A stretch of 64,000 bases of DNA from Malacoraja senta. Taxonomy: Eukaryota. Both the position numbers and the translations under genes were made by a program. Location: contig JAXLNO010000320.1 of the NCBI GenBank assembly GCA_038087875.1, forward strand, positions 186,001 to 250,000, in the 5' to 3' direction. This document shows, piece by piece, positions 39,373 to 51,075 of the stretch. The notes beneath the pieces are model-generated. The model saw only the letters and a program-made list of their open reading frames with translations. It did not search any database and had not been told where the DNA came from. How positions within the stretch are numbered: position 1 is the stretch's first letter; each line of letters starts with the position of its first letter.

Positions 39373-42300
39373 TCAAACAAAATCCCCGTATCTAAAGGGC
39401 GGCCTACAAACCCGTCTCGCGCGCGTATGGTACAGATCCGCATCTCCTCCCTTCACCGGCGAGATTGCCGGGGTCCCATGCGGCAGGGGGCACTGGTGAC
39501 CGGAGGACAAACACGGCGTGGCAGGCGAGCGGGGCACCGAACATGATGGTGAGGGAGCTGAAGACACAACCAAAGGTTGATCTGCAGCTGCAGGGCGTGA
39601 GGGAAGAGAAAGTCCGTCAATAGATGGGTAGATCGGACTCGTTGCATCAGGATACGAGACAGCAGGACATGGTTCCTTCCCAGGAAGGGGATGTTGATGG
39701 TTGCGTCTGTAGATCCCCCCGTCGGCACTCACCAGGTATGAGCGCTGCTCTTTTGCGGGACTGTGCATGAAACCCAAACAGCCATAGCCCTTGTTGGTTT
39801 GAAGGCGAACGACTTGCCCACTGGAGAGAGGTTTAAGTGGTCTGCTGGACTTATCGAAAAATCGCTTTTGGGTATCGCGTTTCAGCTGGAGTTGTTTCTG
39901 TACGGCTAGTGGTGAACGAACCTGTGGCTGCAGCAGTTGTTGGGGCACAGGCATTGCAGCACGGTTCTGTCGGGACATCAGGCGTTGGGCAGGAGACCCC
40001 AGTATTGGGTAACGGATGATGTTTCTTAAATTGAGCAGGTCCAAGTAGACATCGGATTTTGCAAGGTGTGAGCGCTACATTAATTGCTTGGCGCTCTGGA
40101 CAGCCCGTTCCGCAAGTCTGTTTGACTGTGCGAATTCTGGACTGCTGGTGACATGGTGAAAATCCCATCATTAAGCAAAGTTTTTGAAACACTGGCTAGT
40201 GAACTGTCTGCCGTTATCTGACAAGAGGCGTGCAGGGGCACCATGCACGGTGAAATGGCATGACAGCTTTTGGATGACTGCAACGGATGTTATGCTTTGG
40301 AGCAGGTCGATTTAGAACCAGCCCGAATACGAGTCAACGAGAACCAGATACTGTTTGCCACGCCACTCGAATATATCAGTAGCAAGCGTGAACCAAGGTA
40401 GAGGAGGAACAGGGTGTGTGAGCAGGGGCTGCACCTGTTGGTGTGGCATTAGGCTGTTGCAGAAGGCGCAGGCTTGAACTTTCACGCGCACAAATTCGGT
40501 CATTCTGGGCCAGAAAAACATGCTCTTTGGTCGTAGTAAGGTTGCTTCCACGCCAGGGTAACCCCTGTGGACGGCATCAAAGTATTTGTCTCGTAGAGCA
40601 GCTGGGATGGACTGCTTTGTGACCCTTGATTATGATGCCGTCCTGCAGTACCAGTTCGTCGCGAACCAGGTAGTATGGGCGAATAGGAAGTGGGGTGCGA
40701 TATTGTTTATCCGGCCAGCCACGCCGGATGACTGAGGACAGTAGCCGTAGAGTTGTATCCGCAGCCGTATGCTCTGCCAGGTTGCTTAGGCATTCTGTAG
40801 GTACATACGACACCATCATTACTGTGAACTGGTTGTTTTCAGACGACTGTTGTTCGCAGGTTGTTCATGGGGCTCTTGATAGCGTGTCAGCCAGATGCAT
40901 GTCCTTGCCCCTTTTGTAGACTAGGGTAAAATCGAAACTCTGTAGCTGCATCACCATCCGTTGCAGGCGAGCAGGAGCAGCATGAATGGGTTTGTTCAGA
41001 ATGGTGACCAACGGTTGGTGCTCTGTTTCAACAACCACGGACATACCAAAAATAAAGTCCTTGAATTTTGTGCAGGCAAAAACCACGCTAGTAATTCCTT
41101 TTCGATCTGGGCGTATCGCTGTTCAGTCTCAGACAGGGTACGGGAGGCGTAAGCAATAGGTCTGCAGTCTCCTTCGGTGGAAGTCTGTAGGCAAGCAGCT
41201 CCGAGTCCATATTGGGAGGCATCACACGTAAGTGTCACCGGTAGGTTTAAATCGAAATAAGCGAGGGTAGAGGCACTGGACAATTGTAATTTAAGGATTT
41301 CGAAAACCCTCTGGTGTTGTGGGTACCAAGACTATGCAGTGTCCTTGTGAGTCAGTTGTCGTAGGGGGGCAGATACTTCGCTGAGGTTGGGAATGAATTT
41401 CCCCAAGTAGTTAACCATTCCCAGGAATCTGCAAACTTGTCACGTCAGTGGGAACTGGCATCTCGTTGATGGCAATGGTCTTAGAGTGGTCAGGTCTGAG
41501 GCCATCACTGGTGAATCCGTGTCCGACATAATGGACCTCCTTGACGCGAAATCTGCACTTCGAGGGTTGAGCTTGAGATGGATATCTTTTGCACGATCCA
41601 GTATTTTTTTCAAGTTGGCATCATGTTCAGCCATGTCACATCCAGCAACAAGAATATTGTCGACAATGATGGCACAAGGATGCCCCTTAAATAAATGTTC
41701 CATTGTACGTTGGAATACTTCGCTGGCAGAGTTGATGCCAAAGGGCATCCGCAGAAATTTGTAACGGCCAAAAGGGGTGCCGAACGTGGTGAGATTGGGC
41801 GAGTCGGGGTCCAACGGGATCTGCCAGAATGAACTTTTAGCATCTACAATGGAAAACACAGAGGCACTGCCTAGCTCGGCAGCAACTTCCTCCACCGTGC
41901 GCATCGGGTAGTGCGGGCGTTTGATCGCTGTGTTCACGTCTCTGGGGTTGATGCAAATTTGGATTTCTTCTTTGTTTTTCTTTGTTGCAACCACCATGGT
42001 GGAAACCCAGTCGGATGGGTTGGTAACCGTGGCAATGACACCCAGGGACACCATCCGCTGGAGCTCATTGTGTACTCTGTCACGCATAGCATATGGAATA
42101 CGGTGTGGTGCTCGTACCACAGGTAAGACATTTGCATCGGTGACGATGTTGTATTTGATGGGTAGCTTCCCAAATAGTTCCTTGTACTGGGAAAGTATCA
42201 GCTGGGTGGATCCCTCGGCAGGAGATATTTGATGGACAGCAGGCCCAAAAGTTACCAGTCCTAGGTCCTGGCACGAGTTAATGCCAAGCAGAGTTGCAAC

Positions 42301-44358
42301 TTTCCAACGGAAAAATGAAAAAGTTCAGCTTGTGAGCTTGTGATGCTAGGTGGCAGTTCAGCTCAGCTTCTCCAATTGGATGCACCTCCCCTCCCCCATA
42401 GGCTAACAAAGTCGCCAAATTGGTTACAGTACGTTCGGCATTTTTGATCCATGTAAATTCGGATAATGACATGACGTTGCATTTGGCTCCGGTGTCGATC
42501 TTTGCAACAGTAATTAGAGATTCCTTTATTTGTCATTCAGACCTTTCGGTCTGAACGGAATTTCGTTGCCTGCAGTCATACATATAATAATAAATAACAA
42601 AACACACAATAAACACAAATTAACATCCACCACAGTGAGTTCACCAGGCACCTCCTCACTGTGATGGAGGCAAAAGTCTTAAAGTCTCTGTCTCTTCCCG
42701 CTTTGTTCTCCCTCTGCGCTGAGGCGATCCAGGCTTCTGACGCTGTGACCCCGCCGGGTGATGGTAAGTCAGTCCCACAGCTGAATCCGTGCTCCGTCCG
42801 CGACGGGCCGGTTCAAACTCCGCGGCCCGGGGTGGCCGAAGCTGCCGAAGCTGCCGCCCTCCAGTCCAGCGGACGCAGCTGTAGTTGCGGGAGCTCCAGA
42901 AAAACAGGTCACCCACCTGTGACCTGCGCGCTCCCGACGATGTCGTCCACCGGGCCCGCGGCCGAGCCTCCGGATTCAGGTCGCCACCAGTGTCCTCGGT
43001 CGCCACCGCCGGAACGCCACCGCAGCCCCGAAGCAGGCCAGCCCCGCGCTGGTAAGTCCTGGCTCTGCCTCCGGAGCCTCGAGGTCGGTCGGTCGCAGTT
43101 GGAGTTGGAGGCCGGCAGCTCCGCCATTAGGCCTTGGCGCAGACGGAGGCAGAGAAGGGGGATACGACAAGAAAAAGTCGCATTCCCCCGAAGGAAGAGA
43201 CAAAAATCATGTTTCACCCCCCCACCCCACACATAGACAACCCAATAAACTAAAATTTAACTAAAACAGGACAAAAGAAAACAACAAAAAAAGTAAAAAC
43301 AGACGGACTGCAGGCGAGCCGCTGCTGTTCGACAGCGCCGCCACTTCCGGAATGTCCGGAAGTGGCAGCGCCACAATGGTATTGTTGACACGAAGTGAGA
43401 CTTCAGGGTCGACTTGCTTGTTAGTGGAAGCAACCAGGGAGTGTATGTTATGACTTATCTTCAAGCTCGGGAAGAGTGACTGGAGGAGATGCTGGTAGCT
43501 CTTGGTACTCGATATCAGAATCTTCATGTTTTAACAGATGTACAGACTGCCTTGGAAGTGAGCGATTCCCACGAGCACGGCAGCATTTAAAGAAATGGTT
43601 TCTCCTTTTGCAATAATGGCATAGTTTTCCAAAGGCAAGGCACAGTTCATGATCCGCGGGGTGGGACCCGCCACAGTTAGAACACTTTTCAATAGATCTT
43701 TGAGATTGTCGAGATGATGTGTGGGGCTGTGAGCACTGGTTACAGTAGGAGGTGTCAGTAGCATCAACACGGTATGAGGAATGCGGTCCGGGCCCCATTG
43801 ATTTAGTGTGAGAGGTCGTGATTTCAGCAATAAGACAAGCATGCTCAGCTCGGGCCAGGGTTAGTTCAGTATCACGGAGTAATTCATGGCGTACTTTATC
43901 ACTCAGGATTGCACCCACCAGTCTGTCACAGACGAGTTCATCGAACAGATTAGCAAAACGGCAGCGTGCAGCAATATGTTTCAGATCACTGATGTACAGT
44001 AATTCTCCACAGGCTCACCTTGTTGCTGGTTTCGAGCGAAAAATTTAGTACGTTCCAGTATGGAGTTGACGCGAAGGTCACATAGCTGTATGAATTTGGT
44101 GAGCAGAACCTCGGGATCATCAATAGTTTCAGCAGGTACCACAATCTGATTGTTGTGATCTAGAACTGCAGGAGCATAGTTAAAATGCTCTGCTCGTTTG
44201 ATAGCTTCTGGGCCAGTGACGTTGAGAAGTATAGAGGCACGGTGTTCTGGTGGAACGTTGCGATGAGCAGCACGGATGTTATGGTTGAAAATCCGCCAAC
44301 GTTCAGCGAGGTCTGAGTCAAAAATCAGAGGATCAGGTTTATGGAATGAGCTGGGCAT
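39373..44358 (-). pseudogene. Gypsy gag-pol, frameshifted
   Basis: gag from MPSSFHKPDPL with paired Cys-His knuckles (CSNCGGSH...C; CHYCKRRNHFFKCC); PR KIDTGA; RT RMPFGI/IIVDNILV; RNase H CDASQYGLGA, YAQIEKE; IN LVLVDSYSGW. Confidence 0.92.
42515..43374 (-). mobile_element. GC-rich non-autonomous structured retroelement, copy 4 (in the Gypsy protease)
   Basis: Interrupts NNTI|TVAKIDTG; hairpins at 43157-43189 and 42628-42666; tail ...ttcagaccgaaaggtctgaatgacaaataaagg. Confidence 0.85.
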
Positions 44359-44464
44359 GGCAACACGAGAAAAGGGACAAAATGGGTGAAAACAAAACAC
44401 TGGAAAACAATAAATAAAAACCGATATAATTAAACGCGGGGTGGGTCAACCACGTCTGACACCA

Positions 44465-44665
44465 TGTTGAGTGAATCAAACATACTCACTGATCTGGTAC
44501 AACAGTATTTATTGAGTAACGCATACAACACACGTTACTTCTACTGTGCAGCAGCATTGACTGGCAGCATATGTCGGGTTGCGATAATATGAACAGTGTG
44601 GTAGTAGGCGGAGCTTATAATAATAAAGCATTACATTGGTTAGTAAGTAAAGTAACCAATCTACA
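44465..44665 (-). repeat. Gypsy 5' LTR (intact, 201 bp)
   Basis: TGTTGAG...CTACA; adjacent PBS and TSD. Confidence 0.95.
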
Positions 44666-45525
44666 GGAGGAAACCGGAGCACCCGGAAAACCCCACAAGG
44701 TCACAGGGAGAACGTGTAAACCTCACATAAGCAGCACCTGTAGTCAGGATCGAATTCGGGTCTCTGGCACTGTGAGGCAATAACTCTACTGTTACGACAC
44801 CGTGAGTTAACACAGCGACTGTACCCCTCCAGCCCTCTGCGGCAGAGAGTTCTAGAGTCCCACCACCGCCTTAGTGAAAGCATTTCCTCTCATTTAACCC
44901 CAAAATAGCAAACCTCATATTGTGAAATAGTGATCCCTCATTCTAGACTCTTCATTTATCTCTTCCCCATGAGATAGATGGGGTCAGGCAGCATCTGTGG
45001 AGGATAGACACAAAATGCTGGAGTAACTCAGCAGGACAAGCAGCATCTCTGGAGAGAAAGAATGGGTGGCGTTTCGGGTCGAGACCCTTCCTGCTTGTCC
45101 AGCTTTTTGTGTCTATCTTCAGTTTAAACCAGCATCTGCAGTTCCTTCTTCCACAGCATCTGTGGAAGACATGGATGGGTAACATTTCAGAGTCTGAAGA
45201 AGGTTCTGACCTGAAACATCACCTGTCCATGTCCTCCACAGATGCCGTCTGACCGGCTGAGTGACTTTGGCACGGTGTTCTACACAAGATTTCTACAGTT
45301 TCCCGTATCTTCACCCTCCCAGGAATCTGTCCAGTGAAGCTTTCCTGCTCATTAGTTAGCAAGAAAGAACAAGAATCAGAGAACTGGACCAGAAAGTGGC
45401 CCTGCCGCAGAGCAGCTCTCCTTCATTGTTAATTGTTGGTTTATTATCGCCACGTGAAACAAGACAGTAAAAAACTGTGCTTTCAAAGGCAGATCACAAC
45501 ACAATTACTCAGTGCTCTTAGGATC

Positions 45526-45852
45526 AGTTTAGTTTAGAGATACAGCATGGAAACAGGCCCTTCGGCCCACTGAGTCCACACCAAACATTCACATTAGTTC
45601 TATGTTATCCTACTTTTGCATCCACTCACTACACACTAGGGACAATTTACAGAGGCCAATTAACAGACTTTGTCTTTGAGATGTGAAAGAAAACCCGTGT
45701 CTTTGAGATGTGAAAGAAAACCAGAGCATCTGGAGCAAACCAAACACAGTCACAGGGAGAACGTGCAAACTCCAAGCAGACAGCACCCAAGATCAGAATC
45801 GCACCCAGATCTCCGGCGCTGTGAGGCAGCGGCTCTACCCGCTGCACCACAT
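45526..45852 (-). mobile_element. V-SINE (HE1-like) with an internal ~27-bp tandem duplication
   Basis: V-domain on the reverse strand; tgtctttgagatgtgaaagaaaacc occurs twice. Confidence 0.75.
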
Positions 45853-46536
45853 TACTGACATTGGACTTTGTCTATGGAACTGATACGCTGCAATACTGAG
45901 AACTATATTCTGCACTCTGTATCTTCCCCTTTGCTCCACCTATTGTACTTGACTTTTGACTTGATTGTATTTATGTACAGTAGATCTGATCTGATTGGAC
46001 GGCATGCAAAACAAAGCTCTTTGCCGTACCTTGGTGCACGTGACAATAATAAACAAAGCCCTAAAGTTCTCAATGTGACTTTAGTCCCTGAAGTTAGACG
46101 AGAGGGTGTGTGCTGGTAGTGGGAATGAGACCGTGATCTCATGACCTGCTGACACAGGGTGAAAGGGTGCGACCAGCAGCTCAGGCCCTTTTAGAGTATG
46201 GTCATTGGTGAAAGTCAGAGATAATTGTGAAGTAGGGAAGCGTGGAGAATCGGTTGGTGGAAACTGCGCGATCACTGCCGCAGAAGGATAGTGATGATAA
46301 GGGTGAGGTGTGTTCAAAGGAGGCAGGGGCACTTTCAGGGCCTCCTGTTAGAAACAGAATATTTCCAAATACTTGCAGTCCAGTGAACAGTGTAACGTAC
46401 TTTAAAAATAAAACATTAAGGACTATATTGAACAGCTTTTTTCAACAACCATCAGGCCCTTGAACCACCCTGCACAATCCAACCTCAGCACCAATCTACT
46501 GTTGTCACTACGGACTTCAAATTGCAATTTTCAATT

Positions 46537-46802
46537 GGGCGGCACATTAGAGCAGTGGTAGAGTTGCTGCTTAACAGTGCCACGTTCAATCCTGACTACG
46601 GGTACTGTCTGTCTGGAGTTTGTACATTCTCCCTGTGATTGCATAGTTTTCTCTGGGTGCTCCGGTTTCCTCCCACACTGCAATGACATACAGGTTGTAG
46701 ATTAATTAGCGTTGGTAAAATTGTAAATTGTCTCTATGGTGTACGGGGTGATCGCTGGTTGGCGTGGACTCGGTGGGCCTGTTTCTGTGCTGTATCTCTA
46801 AT
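46537..46802 (+). mobile_element. V-SINE (HE1-like) within a Rex1-like 3' remnant
   Basis: gggcggcac head, V-domain ggagtttgtacattctccctgtg. Confidence 0.7.
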
Positions 46803-48139
46803 GTCTGATATTATGGTCTGATCACCTAGCATTGCGGGTAACATTGTATTATTGATTATTGTAGTTTACTTTCTGCATTAATGTGCCTGCAAAACTGCAG
46901 CAAGTAACCATGTCATAGCATATAACAATTAAACACTCCTGACCCATGAATCTTGAACCAGGTGAAGAAGAAGCTGACAGAGATGTGGGGACATGTACAC
47001 TCTATGGTCACAGCAGAGGACTGGGAACCCGAGTTGAACAGAGGGGAGAAGGCCTGATCTCCCAGGAGATCCCCCGCACATGCACGTGGCCCTCATTCAC
47101 TCAGGAACCCATTTCTGAGCCTCTGGTCAGAGCCATCCCGTGGGCAGCTGTAAAGTTTCCTAAACATGTATATGTCCTGTTTTATTGTGTTTTGATAAAC
47201 TTGGGTGGATTTTGGAGATCTCAAACTTTCTGAATCGCTCGGATGCCATAGAGTTATACAGCACGAAAACAGCCCACCTAGTCCATGTCAACCAATTTGA
47301 CATTACTGGGCTAGTCCCATTTGTCTGCATTTGACCCATATATCTTTAAACCCTTCCTGTCCATATATCTAATAGGACCACACAATACAGAAACAGGCCC
47401 TTCAGCCCAACTTGATAAATATCTGTCCAAATGTATTTTTAAAGTTATAATTGTATTTGCTTCTAAAGCCCTTGCTAAAAACAAAGTGCTGAAGGAACTC
47501 GGCAGGTCAGGCAGAATCTGTGAAGGGGATGGACAGATGAAGTTTGGGGTTGGGACCTTTTCAGATTTGCTATTCCCTTCCCAGATGCTGCCTGGCCCAG
47601 AGTTCCTCCAGCAATCTGTGTTGTGCTCAAGATTCCAACGTCTGCTGTTCCTTGTTCTCCACTTCTATAGCTTCCTCTGGCAGCTCATTCCAGTACAAAC
47701 TACCTTCCCAGTGAAAAAGTTGCCCTTGAGGCCCCTCTTAAATATATCCTATCGTGCCTTAAGCCTGTGCCCTTTAGTTTTAGAATCCTCTACCCTGGGA
47801 AAAAGACGTGAGCATTCGCTGTAAGGTTAAGAATCCATACAGAAGTTTAGGCCAGAGTGTGGTTTCAGTGGCTGGAACGTGCATTGTGTTAGACTGGACG
47901 TGAAGAAACGTCCAAACAGGAAACCAAGGGAACAACAATATCAACACACTTATCTTGCTGTACTCTTTGAGGCAAGAGGGTGTGGAGGAGAGCGATGGAA
48001 TGTGTTTAGTAGTTGGACGGAAACTAATTCCGCAGTTTAACAAATCCGGGTATTTTTATTTACAACAATTTCAACATGATCTGAGAGTGAGTGTATATTG
48101 GTCTCTGAGTGCACATGTTCACTAAACGTGGCCAGAATG

Positions 48140-48234
48140 TCTGAAGAAGGGTTTCGGCCCGAAACGTTGCCTATCTCCTTCGCTCCATAGATGCTGCTGC
48201 ACCCGCTGAGTTTCTCCAGCATTTTTGTGTACCT
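48140..48234 (+). mobile_element. 95-bp Penelope-derived insertion with a minimal hammerhead motif
   Basis: 11-bp TSD tggccagaatg (48129-48139 / 48235-48245); CTGAAGA-A-GGGT-TTCG-GCCC-GAAA-CGTT. Confidence 0.85.
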
Positions 48235-50459
48235 TGGCCAGAATGCTGTCTGGATTAGAGGTATTAGATACAGGGAGAAGTTGGACAGACTTGGATTGTT
48301 TTCCCTGGAGCACAGGTGGTTGAGGGGAGAATTAGTATATAAAATTATGAGAAGCATAGATAGGGTAGACATTCAGAACCTTTTTCCCAGGGTGGAAATG
48401 GTAAAGACTAAGGACATAGCCTTAAGGAGATAGAGGCAAAATTTAAAGGAGATGTGCGGGACAGGTTTTTTACACAGGTGTTTAAGAGGCTTTTAGGCAC
48501 ATGGATATGAAGGGAAAGGAGCGATATGAATCACAGACAGTGATTAGTTTATTTTGGCATCATGTTCAGTATGGACACTAGCCAAGGGCCTGTTCCTTTG
48601 TACTGTTTTATGTTAGTGTGTTTAAATGCATGGGAATATATACAAATTACTGAGGGTGAACAGCTGAATTTGTGTGTGGATTGAAACTGAATGGCCTACT
48701 TCTGCACCTATGACTGATGAACTTCACTTGCCATGAGTGGCCTTCCATGGCTGGTCAGGTAATGCTGATCAGTGCACGGTTAGTCACACAGCACGATCCC
48801 ACAAACAGCAATTGGAAGAAGGGCCAAATGCTGTGTACTTGGGGGTAGTGAAGAGCAGGTTACCAGGACACTGAGAACATCTAAATCTTCAATGCCTCCC
48901 TGACTCCTGTAGGAAAATTAAATTGTTCAATTTTAGATCACATCCTGCTCTCTTTTTTCCTCTCTCTTTCCTGTACCCCCCCCCCCCCCCACCCTGATGT
49001 GCACCCATTTCATCAACTGTCCTGATCCCTTCCCCTCCTGTTCCCTTCCACCTATACCCCTCCCTCTAGCTTTACGTTTCACCCTTCTCTCCTTATCCTG
49101 CATCTTTTTATCTCTGGCCTTCATCCACCCATCTGCCATCGTCCACCTCACCTGTTCTCCACCTTTGCCCAGCTTTGTCCTGCCCTCACCTCTTTTCCAG
49201 CTTTCTCCTCCCTCTGCTCCATCAGCCTGAAGACAGGCCCTGACCTGAACATCACTTGTCCATTCCCTCCACAGATGCTGCCTGATCCACTAGGTTCCTC
49301 CACCACTTTGTTTTATGCAAGATTCCTGTGTCTGCAGTTCTTGGTGTCACTCTCTGACGTAGTCTGTCTATTCTAATATTCATGCATGGATCCTCTGAGG
49401 AACAACTTTCCACTGGTGCTGTATAAATGGAAACATAGAAAGTAGGTGCAGGAGTAGGCCATTCGGCCCTTTGAGCCAGCATCACCATTCAATATGATCA
49501 TGGCTGATCATCCAGAATCAGTACCCTGTTCTTGCTTTTTCTCCATATCCCTTGATTCCATTATCCCTAAGAGCTCTATCTAACTCTCTCTTGAATACAT
49601 CCAGTGCATTGGTCTCCACTGCCATCTGTGGCAGAGAATTCACAGATTCACAACTCTGGATGAAAATGCAATCTATTGCTGTATTACTTTGTGTTTAGCA
49701 CAGCGAGCTAGGGAAGGGGATGGAGAGGAAAGATGATCACGAACGTGACAAGGAGAATGATGCGTTTAAACGATTGTGACAGAAGTTATTTTTGATGATG
49801 TTCCGCAGATGTAATGCACAGTCATTTATTGGCTTAGTAATAGTCCTGTAAGTAGAGTATTGTACTGCAGGAAATAATGGATTCATTGCCTATGTAAAGT
49901 TGGGTCTTACAGTTCTTTCTCGAAGAGGCAGAGGCAGAGCCAGGGTCATGAGTTGATCACAAACCATACAGCAGCCTCCCAGACCATGGTTTGGTGAGCA
50001 TGTGACTGATGATGTGAGATCTCTGTACACAGCACCACTCCTGCCTTCCAGCCATCTACTTCTCTGCTCCCTTCATTTGTATTTTCTATATTACTTTCTG
50101 TTTTCTGCCCCTTCCCTGCTCGGGAAACCAGGGGTTTGATTCACTCAAGAAGCATTTTGGATGGACGGGTGGATTTTATGACTGAACATTCCTGCAAAGG
50201 GCATCAGTGCCTGTCACTAATACGTGACCAGCACCTGTCTGATCGATTGTAAGATACAGCAGGGTCACTCTCCCTTTTCTATCTGCTCCCCCCCCCCCCT
50301 CACTTACCCAGCCTGATTACTGTCCTCCTCCTGGTCCCATCTGCTCTTCATTCCTCCCTTCACCTGGTTCCACCTGCCACCTACCAGCTTCTGTCTCATT
50401 GCTTCCCCCACCTCTACCCCATTCATGGAACAGTACCCCCTTCAGAACATAATGCCAAG

Positions 50460-51075
50460 ATAAACAAATCTTAGCCTGCACGTGATCCATACCCCTCCAT
50501 TCCCTGCATATACATGTGCCTATCCAAAAGCCACTTAAACACCGCTATTGTATTTGCCTCCACCACCACCCTTGGCAGCGCGTTCCAGGCCCCCACCACC
50601 CTCTATGTAATTAAAAGTGCCCCGCTCATCTGTTAATATTTGACCCTCTAAATTAAAACTTTGCCCTCTACTTTTTGAAATTTCCACCCTGGGAAAAATG
50701 TTTTGACCATTTACTTTATCTATGCCTTTCATAATTTTATGCACTTCAGGTCTCCCCTCGCCTTCCGATGCTCCAAAATAAAACAATCCATGTTTGTCCA
50801 ACCTCTTCCTGCAGCTAATATCCTCTAATCCAGGCAGCATTCTGGATGCTCCTCTGCACCCTCTCCAAAGCCTCCACATTCTTCTGTAATGGGGCGATCA
50901 AAACCCTACATAATACTCCAAGTGTGGCCTAACCTACAGTAAGTTTTATAAAGCTGCAACATGAACTCCTGATTCTTGTACTCTATGCTAGGCAAGCATT
51001 GCCTAGGACTAATGAAGGCAAGTATACCATACACATTCTATACCATTCTATCTACTTTTATTTCCCCATTCAGGG
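50460..51075 (-). mobile_element. Degraded CR1 3' fragment
   Basis: RMLPGLEDIS...RLDKHGLF and FPRVE motifs. Confidence 0.7.

Larger units (their letters stand above)
34793..44665 (-). mobile_element. Ty3/Gypsy LTR retrotransposon (Mag-like), full length but degenerate
   Basis: TG...CA LTRs of ~200 bp; 5-bp TSD GGAGG; PBS TGGTGTCAGACGTGG (tRNA-Leu-like) at 44464-44450; short purine tract beside the 3' LTR; order gag-PR-RT-RH-IN. Confidence 0.95.
34690..44803 (-). mobile_element. V-SINE split by the Gypsy insertion (pieces 34690-34792 and 44666-44803)
   Basis: ...gagatgtgggagg|aaaccggagcacccgg...cagggagaacg rejoins a typical V-SINE across the GGAGG duplication. Confidence 0.8.

Noticed and set aside
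49790..49900. Possible C/D snoRNA (TGATGA)
   Set aside because: No suitably placed D box or terminal stem, and no host intron
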